64,000 nt of DNA from Christensenella sp. UBA7588 (GCA_002478945.1 DLKM01000001.1:81385-145384); one strand, 5' to 3'. Shown: positions 1 to 9,304, counted from the stretch's first letter. Notes: generated from the letters alone by a model not told the origin. Made by a program: numbers and translations.

Positions 1-480
1 GCTTCCGTCCTCATTCAAAAGCACGGATTTTCCGTCGTCGATTTCGCTTATTCCGTTGGTCGCAAAAATACCTTTCCTTATGTGAGCAAGGCAAAAATGG
101 TCCTTAAATTCTATCGGAGTTTTCCAACCTCCCACGATACCGAAAGTGCCGTCCAAAGTGCGTGCCGTGCCTCCAAGATTGTCTACGTTGTTTGCCGTGC
201 GCCACTCTTTGTCATCGGTGGTTTTTACGAAAACTCTCGTATTGTCAAGGTCGATACAAAACATATACGCTTGCGTCGTAACAAGCACTTTATCCTTGGT
301 TTTTTGCACGTTAAACTGCGGCTGTGCGAAATCGCGACACACGACGAGTTGAGTCCTCTTGTCGGTAAACTCTCCTTTTTCGACGCGAACGATTCTGTCA
401 CTCAAAACGCTTATTCTTACGTCGTCGTATATCAATACGTTCAGCCCGTTCGCAGGCGCAATATCAACGGAAAATCTCAT
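1..480 (-). CDS. Glycoside hydrolase family 31-like protein, N-terminal part; the gene continues past the left edge
   Basis: Not in the ORF track because no stop lies inside the window. Reverse-strand reading from ATG (478-480) stays open to position 1: MRFSVDIAPANGLNVLIYDDVRISVLSDRIVRVEKGEFTDKRTQ...NLGGTARTLDGTFG...GISEIDDGKSVLL. The GTARTLDG segment resembles GH31 N-terminal regions as I remember them, so the family call is tentative. The + ORFs 82..600 and 146..352 are antisense shadows. Confidence 0.5.
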   Translation of the reverse strand, partial: MRFSVDIAPANGLNVLIYDDVRISVLSDRIVRVEKGEFTDKRTQLVVCRDFAQPQFNVQKTKDKVLVTTQAYMFCIDLDNTRVFVKTTDDKEWRTANNVDNLGGTARTLDGTFGIVGGWKTPIEFKDHFCLAHIRKGIFATNGISEIDDGKSVLLNEDGS

Positions 481-780
481 TTTCAATCCTCTGTCAAGTT
501 ATTTTGCTATTTTATAATAGCAAAGAAGCAACAGCGTGTCAATGATGAAAACTCTCACTTATTCGGGTGTGGGTGTCCCACCCGAACAAGAATAGTTTGA
601 GTTACGCTCTACACTTATGTAGAGGACGAGATAAGTACAACAACCACCCGTATTTGACTAAAACGCAATAAACAGATGAAGAACAAGAAAGAGCCGTCCG
701 AACGGCAACCCTAATTTACTAAGCGTAAATGAGTTGACGAGCGGACGGCTCTGACACAGTTATTCGCTGTTTAGTGCGTT

Positions 781-1974
781 TTAGCCGAATACGGCGAGAA
801 GGAAGCCTGCGGCAACCGCCGACCCTATAACACCTGCCACGTTCGGTCCCATTGCGTGCATAAGGAGATAGTTGCCTCTGTTGTACTGAAGTCCTACGAC
901 GTTGGAGACACGAGCCGCCATAGGCACGGCAGAAACGCCTGCAGAGCCGATAAGCGGGTTGATTTTGCCTTTGGAAATGACGTACAGGAGCTTGCCGATG
1001 AGAAGTCCGCAAATCGTTGCGAGAACGAAACCTGCAAGTCCGAGGAATACGATTTTGAGAGTGTCCAAAGAGAGGAACGTTGCACCGACTGCCGTTGCGC
1101 CGACAGATATACCGAGGAACAACGTAACGATGTTCATAAGTGCGTTTTGTGCGGTGTCGCTCAAACGCTCGGTAACTCCGCACTCACGCAAGAGATTGCC
1201 GAACATAAGGCTTCCGAGAAGCGGAGCGACCGACGGCAAGAGCAAGGAAACGATGACGGTAACGAGAATCGGGAAGATAACTTTCTCTTTCTTGCTGACC
1301 TTGCGGGTTTCTTGCATAACCGCAATACGCTCTTTCTTTGTTGTGAGCAACTTCATAAACGGCGGTTGCAACAGCGGAATAAGAGCCATATACGAATAAG
1401 CCGCGACTGCGATAGGCGCAAGCAACTCGGGTGCGAGCGACTTCGTAAGGAAGATAGCGGTAGGACCGTCTGCGCCTGCGATGATAGAGATTGACGCGGC
1501 AGGACCGCCATCGAATCCCATTGCCGCAGCGAGAATAAGGACGAGATAAATGCCGCCTTGCGCCGCCGCGCCGAGAATAAGCGAACTCGGACGAGAAAGC
1601 ATAGGACCGAAGTCCGTCATTGCGCCGACTCCCATAAAGATGAGGCAAGGATAAACACCCGTCTTTACGCCTATATAAAGAATGTCAAGCAATCCGCCGT
1701 GTCGCAAAACTTCGAGATAATCTACGCCTTTTGCGACCGCATCGGGACCCGTCCACCACTCGGAGTGATACATCTCTCCTCCGGGGAGGTTGGTCAACAA
1801 CATACCGAACGCAATCCCCACGAGGAGCAACGGCTCGAATTGCTTTTTGATGCCGAGATAGAGGAAGAAGAAAGCAATGATAATCATTATTATCGACTTC
1901 CAACCGTCGCCGACTCCGAACAGATGGTATCCGCTTCCGTTCCAGATATTTTCTAAGATTTTGCCGATGTCCAT
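781..1974 (-). CDS. oadB: Na+-transporting decarboxylase beta subunit (oxaloacetate decarboxylase OadB/GcdB/MmdB family), polytopic membrane protein
   Basis: The 397-aa ORF is hydrophobic throughout (MDIGKILENIWNGSGYHLFGVGDGWKSIIMIIIAFFFLYLGIKKQFEPLLLVGIAFGMLLTNLPGG...), typical of the beta subunit family. It is the last gene of an operon with carboxyltransferase, OadG-like and biotin-carrier genes. Confidence 0.85.
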   Translation of the reverse strand: MDIGKILENIWNGSGYHLFGVGDGWKSIIMIIIAFFFLYLGIKKQFEPLLLVGIAFGMLLTNLPGGEMYHSEWWTGPDAVAKGVDYLEVLRHGGLLDILYIGVKTGVYPCLIFMGVGAMTDFGPMLSRPSSLILGAAAQGGIYLVLILAAAMGFDGGPAASISIIAGADGPTAIFLTKSLAPELLAPIAVAAYSYMALIPLLQPPFMKLLTTKKERIAVMQETRKVSKKEKVIFPILVTVIVSLLLPSVAPLLGSLMFGNLLRECGVTERLSDTAQNALMNIVTLFLGISVGATAVGATFLSLDTLKIVFLGLAGFVLATICGLLIGKLLYVISKGKINPLIGSAGVSAVPMAARVSNVVGLQYNRGNYLLMHAMGPNVAGVIGSAVAAGFLLAVFG

Positions 1975-1982
1975 AAATTACC

Positions 1983-2372
1983 TCACAGAAGTTCGACGAG
2001 GGGTGCGCCCGTTTGAACGCTTGCGCCCTTCTGCACAAAGACTTGACCTATTTTGCCGTCTTTATCGGCGTAAATCTCGTTTTCCATCTTCATTGCCTCG
2101 AGAATGACAAGCACGTCGCCTTTTTTGACTTGTTGTCCGCTCGTAACCTTTACGGCGTTGATTGTGCCGGGCATCGGCGCGACGATTGCGTTTGCGCCAG
2201 CAGTCGCAACGGGAGCCGCTTGCGCAGGTGCCGCGGTTTGAACGTGTGCTTGAGCGACGGGTGCGGGTGCGCTTTGCGGAAGCGCGGCGTCGTATTCCGC
2301 TTGAATCACGGCTTCGCCTTTTTCCACTTCCACTTCATATATTTTGCCGTTGAGAGTAACCTTGTAAATCAT
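1983..2372 (-). CDS. Biotin carboxyl carrier protein (biotinyl domain subunit of the decarboxylase)
   Basis: 129 aa with an Ala/Pro-rich linker and a C-terminal biotinyl domain carrying the EAMKM motif (VLVILEAMKMENEIYADKDGKI). Confidence 0.9.
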   Translation of the reverse strand: MIYKVTLNGKIYEVEVEKGEAVIQAEYDAALPQSAPAPVAQAHVQTAAPAQAAPVATAGANAIVAPMPGTINAVKVTSGQQVKKGDVLVILEAMKMENEIYADKDGKIGQVFVQKGASVQTGAPLVELL

Positions 2373-2797
2373 TTTTCTTCCTCCACTCTTTTGATGGATT
2401 TGAAGCGCAACTCGTTGAGAGGAGTTTGCGTTTCGTCTGCGACGATTGCCATAATCATTGCCGCGTCGCGCTCGTCGGTATTGATGAGCTTAAGCTCTCC
2501 GCAAGTGCCTTGCGCATATTGTTTTTCTTCGACTTGAGTATCTTCTTGTTTTTCCTTTTTCTTTTTCCAGAACATCATTTTTTGCTTTGCGTTCTGCATT
2601 TTCTCATTCCACTCGGGGTGCTTTTCGCGCAGTTTTTCACTGCCTTCGAAAATCTTGCCTTCGAGTTGTACGATGAGCATCAAAAGGATAAGAACGACAA
2701 ACACGATAACCGTACCTATGAGCGCGAGAAGCGCTGCGTTGCCGACGCTAAGTTTGTCTCTTGCCTCAAGAATACCGCTTAAAAGCATATATCCCAT
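2369..2797 (-). CDS. oadG: OadG-like small membrane subunit of the Na+-pumping decarboxylase
   Basis: 142 aa with one N-terminal transmembrane helix (AALLALIGTVIVFVVLILLMLIV) followed by a charged tail. GAGGTG lies 5 nt upstream of the ATG at 2797. It sits between the carboxyltransferase and BCCP genes and overlaps the BCCP start by 4 nt. Confidence 0.7.
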   Translation of the reverse strand: MGYMLLSGILEARDKLSVGNAALLALIGTVIVFVVLILLMLIVQLEGKIFEGSEKLREKHPEWNEKMQNAKQKMMFWKKKKEKQEDTQVEEKQYAQGTCGELKLINTDERDAAMIMAIVADETQTPLNELRFKSIKRVEEEK

Positions 2798-2805
2798 ATT
2801 TCACC

Positions 2806-4206
2806 TCATTCGATAGGAGCGATTGTGTATTTGACCACTTTTTCTTCTTTTGCCTTGCGTGCGTCGAAGAATTTTTCCGCAACTTGCGGGAAAAGAATAT
2901 ACGAGAGGACGTCCTCGTCGCTCTTTGCGGTTTCGCCGAGTTCGGCTTTGGTTTTTTCAAAGACGGGTTCGAGCGTGTCTGCGTATCTGCCCTCGATTGG
3001 CTTCTCGTCGCCGAGAACTTTTGCCATAACGTCGGGATTGATGGGAGCGGGCGACGTGCCGTATTCGCCTCTGCAATACGCCTTGACTTCCTTGGAGATA
3101 TTCTTGTATCTCTCGCCTGCAAGCACGTTGTTGGTTGCCTGAACGCCCACCATTTGGCTCATAGGAGTTACGAGCGGCGGATAACCGAGGTCTGCTCTGA
3201 CCTTGGGAGTTTCTTCAAGCACTTGCTCGAATTTGTCCATAGCGTTTTGCGCTTTGAGTTGCGACACGAGGTTGGAGAGCATACCGCCGGGGACTTTGTA
3301 ATTGAGTGCGTCCGTATCCGTTGCGAGCATCTTGGGATTGAGCGTACCGTCCTTAAGATAGCCGTCACGGATAGGCTTGAAGTAATCGTTGACTTTCTTG
3401 AGCGTCGCGTCGTCGAGTCCCGTCTCGTAACCGAGCTGCTTGAGAGCAAAGTTGATTGTTTCGGTTGCAGGTTGGCTCGTGCCGCCGCTAAAGCAAGACG
3501 TTGCCGTATCGATTACGTCCACGCCTGCCTCGATTGCTTTCATATACGTCATATAAGCCATACCCGTCGTGCAATGAGTGTGCAAAACTACGGGGATTTT
3601 GACTTCGTTCTTGATTGCGCCGATAAGTTCGTACGCCTCAAACGGAGTCATCGTGCCTGCCATATCTTTGACGCAGATTGTGTTCACGCCCATATTTTCG
3701 AGTTCTTTTGCCATTTTTGCAAAAGCGTCGAGCGTATGAACGGGGCTTTGCGTATAACTGATTGCGCCCGATACCATCGCGCCGCATTTGAGTGCGGTTT
3801 TGGTTGCGGTTTCAAGGTTGCGCAAGTCGTTGAGCGCGTCGAAAATACGAATGATGTCAATGCCGTTGTCAACGGATTTTTCCACGAACATCTTGACGAT
3901 TTCGTCGGGATAATGCTTGTATCCCAAGAGGTTTTGACCTCTCAAAAGCATTTGCAATTTTGTGTCGGGCATTGCCTTGCGGATGTTGCGCAAACGTTGC
4001 CACGGGTCCTCGTCGAGGTATCTCAGGCACACGTCGAACACGGCTCCGCCCCAGCATTCAACGGAATAATATCCCGCTTGGTTCATCGTCGGAAGAATGT
4101 CGGCAAATTTGGAATACGGCATACGCGTCGCAATCAAAGATTGATTTGCGTCTCTAAGCACCGTTTCCGTAAACAAAACTTTTTGTTTATTAACGTCGTT
4201 TCCCAT
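2806..4206 (-). CDS. oadA: Oxaloacetate decarboxylase alpha subunit / pyruvate carboxylase subunit B-type carboxyltransferase (no fused biotin domain)
   Basis: Sequence reads ...VLFTETVLRDANQSLIATRM...YYSVECWGGAVFDVCLRYLDEDPWQRL...VVLHTHCTTGMA. I moved the start to ATG 4206 (MGNDVNKQK...) because GGAGG lies 5-6 nt upstream. The track start 4230 has a TATAAT-like box but no RBS. Confidence 0.85.
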   Translation of the reverse strand: MGNDVNKQKVLFTETVLRDANQSLIATRMPYSKFADILPTMNQAGYYSVECWGGAVFDVCLRYLDEDPWQRLRNIRKAMPDTKLQMLLRGQNLLGYKHYPDEIVKMFVEKSVDNGIDIIRIFDALNDLRNLETATKTALKCGAMVSGAISYTQSPVHTLDAFAKMAKELENMGVNTICVKDMAGTMTPFEAYELIGAIKNEVKIPVVLHTHCTTGMAYMTYMKAIEAGVDVIDTATSCFSGGTSQPATETINFALKQLGYETGLDDATLKKVNDYFKPIRDGYLKDGTLNPKMLATDTDALNYKVPGGMLSNLVSQLKAQNAMDKFEQVLEETPKVRADLGYPPLVTPMSQMVGVQATNNVLAGERYKNISKEVKAYCRGEYGTSPAPINPDVMAKVLGDEKPIEGRYADTLEPVFEKTKAELGETAKSDEDVLSYILFPQVAEKFFDARKAKEEKVVKYTIAPIE

Positions 4207-4392
4207 AAGGGCCTCCAAAAAATAATTCATAGGAATTATAGCAAACTTTCAAATTCAACACAACTTGTTTGCGAATATATAGATAAAAAAATATTTATTT
4301 ATTTTTCAATAACCGTAACACATCTTGCGATTTATACGTTTTCAATACGTTCGTACGATAATTCGAACGCAAACGATGCGTCAATAACAACG

Positions 4393-4423
4393 AAAAACCG
4401 CTTGCGACTTGCAAGCGGTTTTG
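4393..4423. terminator. Hairpin between the lipoprotein gene and the decarboxylase operon (terminator-like)
   Basis: ACCGCTTGC (4397-4405) pairs with GCAAGCGGT (4411-4419). The stem is flanked by an A-run and a T-run. Confidence 0.5.
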
Positions 4424-4445
4424 CGATATATCTGCGTTAAAATCG

Positions 4446-5279
4446 TTATGCGGTTTTCAAACCGATGTTTATATCCATAAATTCGAGGCGAAGCCACAGT
4501 TTCTTAACGCCGTCCTCCTCCGTCATCGTAAACACTCCGAAAGGCTCGGTGTCGGGATTGTCCTTGACGTTGTAGCCGAGATAAATCGCGGTATATTGCT
4601 TTCCGTCGGAACCCGTGAGATACCTTATTGCGTATTGCGTGTCAAACGTAAGTCGAAGAACCGTGTCTTTGGGAATGAGCGAGAGCAAATTACCGGGGAG
4701 CGACTTGTTTTGCGCGACGTATTGCAACGCTTCTTTCACGCCCTCGTCCTCGTAGTCGAGTCCGTCGATGTTGAAGCCGAGGCTGTGTTGAATAAGTCCG
4801 AGCGCGCCCTTCAAATCCGCCGCCTCTATTTTTGCGGTAAATCCGGGGAACATCGGCTCGACGTAATAGCTCAAACTTTGAGAAATGTCTATACTTCCGA
4901 GCAAAGCGGATACGTCCAAGTTCAGTTTTTCGAGAATAGAATCAAGATTCCCGAACAAGCCGTCTTTGGTTTGCACTTGCGCGTGGAGCATACCGTCTTT
5001 GCCGAACTCGAAATAGGTTTGTTCCTGATTGAGCGCGATATTCTCAATCATATTCAACGAACCGCTTTCGCCGTCCTCTCCGCCGTTGATTTGCCCCATA
5101 AAATCGGTGGTTTTGTTATCGATATAAAATCTCGTATTTTCGTTGAATTGCGCAGGTTTTGCATCGGATTTCCCCGATTTGTCGTCATTTTCATCGCACG
5201 CCGCAAGCGCGAATACGCAACAGCAAAGCACAAGCGTCACAATTATTATTGCGGATATTCTGACAAAATTCTTTTTCAT
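4446..5279 (-). CDS. Putative lipoprotein, function unknown
   Basis: Signal peptide plus lipobox (MKKNFVRISAIIIVTLVLCCCVFALAAC|DENDDK). No recognisable catalytic motif. Confidence 0.7.
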   Translation of the reverse strand: MKKNFVRISAIIIVTLVLCCCVFALAACDENDDKSGKSDAKPAQFNENTRFYIDNKTTDFMGQINGGEDGESGSLNMIENIALNQEQTYFEFGKDGMLHAQVQTKDGLFGNLDSILEKLNLDVSALLGSIDISQSLSYYVEPMFPGFTAKIEAADLKGALGLIQHSLGFNIDGLDYEDEGVKEALQYVAQNKSLPGNLLSLIPKDTVLRLTFDTQYAIRYLTGSDGKQYTAIYLGYNVKDNPDTEPFGVFTMTEEDGVKKLWLRLEFMDINIGLKTA

Positions 5280-5292
5280 TTTATCGTCCCCC

Positions 5293-6600
5293 TCAATAAT
5301 TTATCGGCGTATAGCCGTCTATTGCCGCAAAGTACGCCGCCGTCACTTCGTCAAACGTGTTCGCGCCGTTTATTGCGTTGTATGCGCCTTGCGTATCGAA
5401 ACCGTCGATAGAGGCAAACATTCTTGCGATTTGGTCGCACTTGATAACTTTGTAGTTGGCAACGGCGTTTACGTCCGCCATTCCCCATTGCTCGAGCAGC
5501 TTTTGCGTCGCGCCTGCAATGATTGCGTGTCCGATATTTGACGGGTGCGTCCAGTCGGCATAAATGAGAGAACGACCGCGGCTGTCTGCGGTAAGATTGA
5601 CTTTGCCGTTTTCGTCAACGTCGGTATTCGCGTAATCGTCAAACACCTTGTTGATGTCCAAAACGTCGACTTGCATATCGGGGTTCTTCTCGTTGTATTC
5701 GTCTACGATTCCGTTGAGGTAATTGAGCAACTTTTGCGCCAATGCACGCACTTTTTCGATTGTGTCGTAACCTCTGTCCGCAAGCGCGCTGTATTCTGCG
5801 GCTTTTAACAAAGACGTACCCTCGAAAACGGGATTGTATACCTTTTGGAACACGATTTTTGCAGTCGGGTTGAGCTGTCTCAATCTCGCAACGATGTCAA
5901 CGATGTTTTGATATGTGGACGGAAAATTGAAAGTCGGGTCTTTGGTATAAGCGTTTTTACCGTCGAACTCGTCTCCGAACGTAACGTTGCCGTAGTCGTC
6001 CAACCACATAGAAGGACGAATAATATCGTCGCTTCCGCCGTCGTGCAAATAGTCGAACAAAGATTTGTCGTCGGCGTATTTTGCACGCAACGCGGCCTCG
6101 TTTTCATAGCCGCTGAAACAAGACAGGAACCACCTGTCGCTTCCCGTCATTTCTTGTTCTACGTCAGCCATTTCCATCATCAACGAGCCGAGGCTGAATT
6201 GCAACATATTGTTGCCAAGTACGGAAATGTGAATTACGTCCGCTTGAGTGATGTGCGTCTTGATTTGAGTTGCGGTTTCGTCGTCTCTGTCTACAATCTG
6301 CAAAAGTCCGTCGCCTGCGTCTTTGTCCATCATTCCGCCCGAGGTAAGGTGTCCCGATATGGAGTGATTGAAATAACGCATATTGTTCGTTCTTCCGACG
6401 AGAGCGTAATAACCGTAGTTATCCCTCTCCGATACGGGAGACGGACCTATAAGAGCTTCGGCTATGGAGTCTCCGAGATAAACGATAGTAAGTTTGTCGA
6501 CGTCGTTACCGCCGCCGTCTTTATCGTCGCAAGCAACCAACGACACGGCAAGCACCGCAATCAGAAGCACCGCAACGACGAGCGAAATGATTTTTTTCAT
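5293..6600 (-). CDS. SGNH/GDSL-family hydrolase lipoprotein
   Basis: Lipoprotein signal MKKIISLVVAVLLIAVLAVSLVAC, starting at ATG 6600 rather than the track start 6633. GDS block IVYLGDSIAE and C-terminal ADWTHPS (D-x-x-H). Confidence 0.75.
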   Translation of the reverse strand: MKKIISLVVAVLLIAVLAVSLVACDDKDGGGNDVDKLTIVYLGDSIAEALIGPSPVSERDNYGYYALVGRTNNMRYFNHSISGHLTSGGMMDKDAGDGLLQIVDRDDETATQIKTHITQADVIHISVLGNNMLQFSLGSLMMEMADVEQEMTGSDRWFLSCFSGYENEAALRAKYADDKSLFDYLHDGGSDDIIRPSMWLDDYGNVTFGDEFDGKNAYTKDPTFNFPSTYQNIVDIVARLRQLNPTAKIVFQKVYNPVFEGTSLLKAAEYSALADRGYDTIEKVRALAQKLLNYLNGIVDEYNEKNPDMQVDVLDINKVFDDYANTDVDENGKVNLTADSRGRSLIYADWTHPSNIGHAIIAGATQKLLEQWGMADVNAVANYKVIKCDQIARMFASIDGFDTQGAYNAINGANTFDEVTAAYFAAIDGYTPINY

Positions 6601-6724
6601 AACTACCCCCGTTATGTATTGCGTTAAACGCATAGTGTCAGTTTACAATAAAACAAATGTTTTGTAAACATACAATATCAATAAAAAAAGAAAAACCTCG
6701 TCTTTTCGAGACGAGGTCGTTTCC

Positions 6725-7237
6725 TTACGCTTTTTTGACAAAAGACGCTTTTTTGATTTTTTGTTCCGCGAGCGGACGGTCGTTGTAATCGGTCTGAACG
6801 GACGCAATGTTATCAACCGTATCCATACCCTCAACCACTTTGCCGAACGCGGCGTATTGTCCGTCCAAAAACTTTGCGTCCGCGTGACAGATAAAGAATT
6901 GCGACGACGCGGAGTTGTAGAACTGACTGCGAGCCATAGAGATTACGCCTCTTTCGTGAGAGAGCGGATTGTTCACACCGTTGACTCTGAACTCTCCTTT
7001 TATATTCTCTTTGCTGCCGCCCATACCCGTGCCTTGCGGGTCTCCGCCTTGAATCATAAAACCGGAGATAACTCTATGAAAAATAAGTCCGTCGTAAAAG
7101 CCTTGTCCTACGAGTTTCTGAAAATTTTTGACGGTTATCGGTGCAACCGACGGCATAAGTTCCACTATCATTTCGCCGCCGTTTTGCATTGCGATTTTTA
7201 CATATTCGGTTGTTTCGTTCGTATCGATAAATGCCAT
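6725..7237 (-). CDS. ppiB: Peptidyl-prolyl cis-trans isomerase, cyclophilin type
   Basis: FHRVISGFMIQGGDPQGTGMGG and SMARS...SQFFI motifs. Start set to ATG 7237 (MAFIDTNETTEY...). The N-terminal extension in the track is unlikely to be real. Confidence 0.9.
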   Translation of the reverse strand: MAFIDTNETTEYVKIAMQNGGEMIVELMPSVAPITVKNFQKLVGQGFYDGLIFHRVISGFMIQGGDPQGTGMGGSKENIKGEFRVNGVNNPLSHERGVISMARSQFYNSASSQFFICHADAKFLDGQYAAFGKVVEGMDTVDNIASVQTDYNDRPLAEQKIKKASFVKKA

Positions 7238-7287
7238 AATTACCTCTTTATATATCGTTTTTGTGCATATAAAATGCCGTTTATGCG

Positions 7288-8490
7288 TTATAGACTGTTT
7301 TTCGCAATAACGGCGGCAACCGCCTTCGCACTTGAAAACGCCCATTGCAGATTGTATCCTCCGCAATCTCCGTCCACGTCGAGTGCTTCTCCTATCGCAT
7401 AAGCGTTTTTCGCTTTGAGCGACATAAGATTTTCGTCGAATTCTCTCGTATCGAGACCGCCCGACATAACTTGCGCAAGGCTTGCGTCTCCGAGACCCTC
7501 GATTGTAAATCTATAATTTTTGACGGCGTTTGCGAGCGCGCCGATTTTGCTTGCCGCAAGGTCGCTCGCGTTGCATCCCGCAGCCCATATTATTCGCTCC
7601 TGCACCTTGCTGTGGAAAGTGCCTGTAAGCAGTTGCGCCACCGTTGAATTGTTGTCGCGTTTGCGCAATATCTCCTCGACTTCCGCCTTGGAATACTCGG
7701 GCATAAAGTCTATCGTTAGCATATCTCCCGCTTTCGCTCTGCCTCTGGCAATCTCGCTCGACAGATTGAACACGGCAATTCCGCTCACTCCGAAATCTTT
7801 GAACAGCACCTCTCCCGTTTCGTATCTGTAACCGATGCGAACGCCCGCTTTGACTCTGACGCCCTGAAGCCCCTTGAGAGGCTCTTTGTCCGTGCGAATA
7901 GGCACAAGGGATGGCGTAAAATCTCTCGACGTATGTCCGAGAGCCTTGAAAAGCGACAAGCTGTTTTTGCCGAACGTGGCAGGCGAACCCGTCGCAAGCA
8001 CCACGTTGTCCGCTTCGACGGAAAACGCCTCGTTGGGCATATTCTCCTTGCGTACCACACCGCTCACGGTAAAAGCGTCGTGAAAAGCGTCTATGGAATT
8101 TACGACGTGCGCCGTGTATACGTCGACGCCGTTGCGCTCAACCGCCGCTCGCAAAACGTCGAGAACGGATGCCGCGCACTCGCTGTACGGATATACGCGC
8201 TTGTCGATGACTTTGGTCAACAAGCCCATTCTCTCAAAACTCGCTATGGTATCGTGCGCGTCGAATCTATCGAGAAAATCTTCCACAAAATTCGGCTTGT
8301 TGTAATGGACGATATTCATATCGAGATTGGTAAGATTGCACTTGCCGTTGCCCGTCGCAAGCAATTTTTTGCCGACGCGGTCGTTGCTCTCGAGAATCGC
8401 CACCGATAAAGCGGTCGGCAGTTGCGCCGCCAAAAACAGTCCGCCCGCGCCTCCGCCGATAATAATAACGTTATACTTTTTCTTATTCAT
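7288..8490 (-). CDS. NAD(P)/FAD-dependent oxidoreductase, HI0933/BaiN-like flavoprotein
   Basis: N-terminal dinucleotide fold NVIIIGGGAGGLFLA followed by GKKLLATGNGKCNLTN, characteristic of the HI0933-like family. Confidence 0.8.
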   Translation of the reverse strand: MNKKKYNVIIIGGGAGGLFLAAQLPTALSVAILESNDRVGKKLLATGNGKCNLTNLDMNIVHYNKPNFVEDFLDRFDAHDTIASFERMGLLTKVIDKRVYPYSECAASVLDVLRAAVERNGVDVYTAHVVNSIDAFHDAFTVSGVVRKENMPNEAFSVEADNVVLATGSPATFGKNSLSLFKALGHTSRDFTPSLVPIRTDKEPLKGLQGVRVKAGVRIGYRYETGEVLFKDFGVSGIAVFNLSSEIARGRAKAGDMLTIDFMPEYSKAEVEEILRKRDNNSTVAQLLTGTFHSKVQERIIWAAGCNASDLAASKIGALANAVKNYRFTIEGLGDASLAQVMSGGLDTREFDENLMSLKAKNAYAIGEALDVDGDCGGYNLQWAFSSAKAVAAVIAKNSL

Positions 8491-8551
8491 AGCAACATTC
8501 TAACACACGCAAACGTATAAATCAATTTTTTTCCAAAATATCGCAAAACAC

Positions 8552-8580
8552 TTGTCAAACAATCAGGATTAGTGTATTAT
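8552..8580 (+). promoter_or_regulatory. Sigma-A type promoter for tRNA-Val
   Basis: TTGTCA (8552-8557), a 17-nt spacer, then TATTAT (8575-8580), 12 nt before the tRNA 5' end. Confidence 0.5.
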
Positions 8581-8592
8581 AACTCTTGCTTT

Positions 8593-8669
8593 GGAGGCAT
8601 AGCCCAGTTGGTTAGAGCGCTACGTTGACATCGTAGAGGTCATAAGTTCGAGTCTTATTGTCTCCACCA
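8593..8669 (+). tRNA. tRNA-Val (anticodon GAC), CCA encoded
   Basis: Cloverleaf folded by hand. Acceptor GGAGGCA/UGUCUCC, anticodon stem CUACG/CGUAG with loop UUGACAU, T arm AUAAG-UUCGAGU-CUUAU, 3' CCA. Confidence 0.9.
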
Positions 8670-8677
8670 ACAATTCG

Positions 8678-8704
8678 AAAACCCTACTGTTTAGTAGGGT
8701 TTTT
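8678..8704 (+). terminator. Intrinsic terminator after tRNA-Val
   Basis: AAAACCCTACT-gttt-AGTAGGGTTTT hairpin followed by a T-run. Confidence 0.7.
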
Positions 8705-8738
8705 CTTTTGTCGCTGTTTCCAATCTCACTCGAACTCG

Positions 8739-8800
8739 GCGGTATGTCTACCGCCTCCGCCCCTTCGGTGCGGTTATGCCCCACGGTCATATTGCACGCT
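8739..8800 (+). repeat. Left copy of the 62-bp imperfect direct repeat flanking island 1
   Basis: gcggtatgtctaccgcctccgccccttcggtgcggttatgccccacggtcatattgcacgct, versus gcggtacatctacctactccgcccattcggtgcggctatgccccacggtcatattgcacgct at 23838-23899. About 6 mismatches by hand alignment. Confidence 0.8.
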
Positions 8801-8837
8801 TCGCTTCCAAATGCAAGCATTTTCGCTCGCTGTTGGA

Positions 8838-8858
8838 CGAGTCTTATTGTCTCCACCA
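8838..8858 (+). repeat. Direct duplicate of the last 21 nt of tRNA-Val (att-like)
   Basis: CGAGTCTTATTGTCTCCACCA occurs at 8649-8669 (tRNA 3' end) and again, identical, at 8838-8858. Confidence 0.85.
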
Positions 8859-9289
8859 CACGATAACCATCCGCACCTGTCGCACTTACAGGAGCGGATG
8901 GTTTATTTTTATCAAACATTTTATAGTTTATTGGCAAACACAAATCTTTGTTCCTTAATAAGCGATTATTCTATCGAATAAGTTATTCAAGAGTGTTTTG
9001 GTGATGCGCTTAATGCTTTTCGCAGGTATTTTTCTGCCTCATCTCGCGATAAATCAAGTGACAATTTGTTTTCTTCATTCGCTATTTCTTTTTCCATGTC
9101 GGCTTTATCGTTTTCAAGCTTAATCAATCTTTCTTTTATGCTTGTACCTTCTTGTGTCAAAACTACTGCACGTCCAACAGGCAAAAAGTTCTTATGTTTT
9201 TGTGTCTGTTATCATTTTTAATGTCCTATTTTTGAGACGTGTAAAATGATAAGATCTTGGTAATAAAAGGTAATCGCATCTTTTAGACT

Positions 9290-9304
9290 AATGTAAATTA
9301 CATT
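9290..9304. promoter_or_regulatory. Perfect 15-bp palindrome, candidate operator for the XRE regulator
   Basis: AATGTAA-A-TTACATT lies 9 nt upstream of the -35 box of the island promoter. Confidence 0.4.

Noticed and set aside
2761-4440. Long + strand ORF (559 aa) and similar long antisense ORFs elsewhere. Examples: 27884..29347 +, 33106..34494 +, 47231..48238 +, 53520..54908 +, 59207..60310 -, 61058..62455 -, 23917..24942 -, 48045..48833 -.
   Set aside because: Each lies opposite a gene with clear family motifs. Their translations are R/F/V/C-rich and low in complexity, with no motifs. Such shadow ORFs are expected in roughly 50% G+C coding DNA.
8987-9208. 65-codon minus-strand ORF at the left end of island 1 (TTG start; ...GRAVVLTQEGTSIKERLIKLENDKADMEKEIANEENKLSLDLSRDEAEKYLRKAL...). 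It was considered as a C-terminal relic of a serine recombinase or integrase.
   Set aside because: A stop codon lies 8 codons upstream of the listed start. There is no catalytic motif, and coiled-coil sequence alone is not diagnostic. It is mentioned only as a possible relic, not called as a feature.
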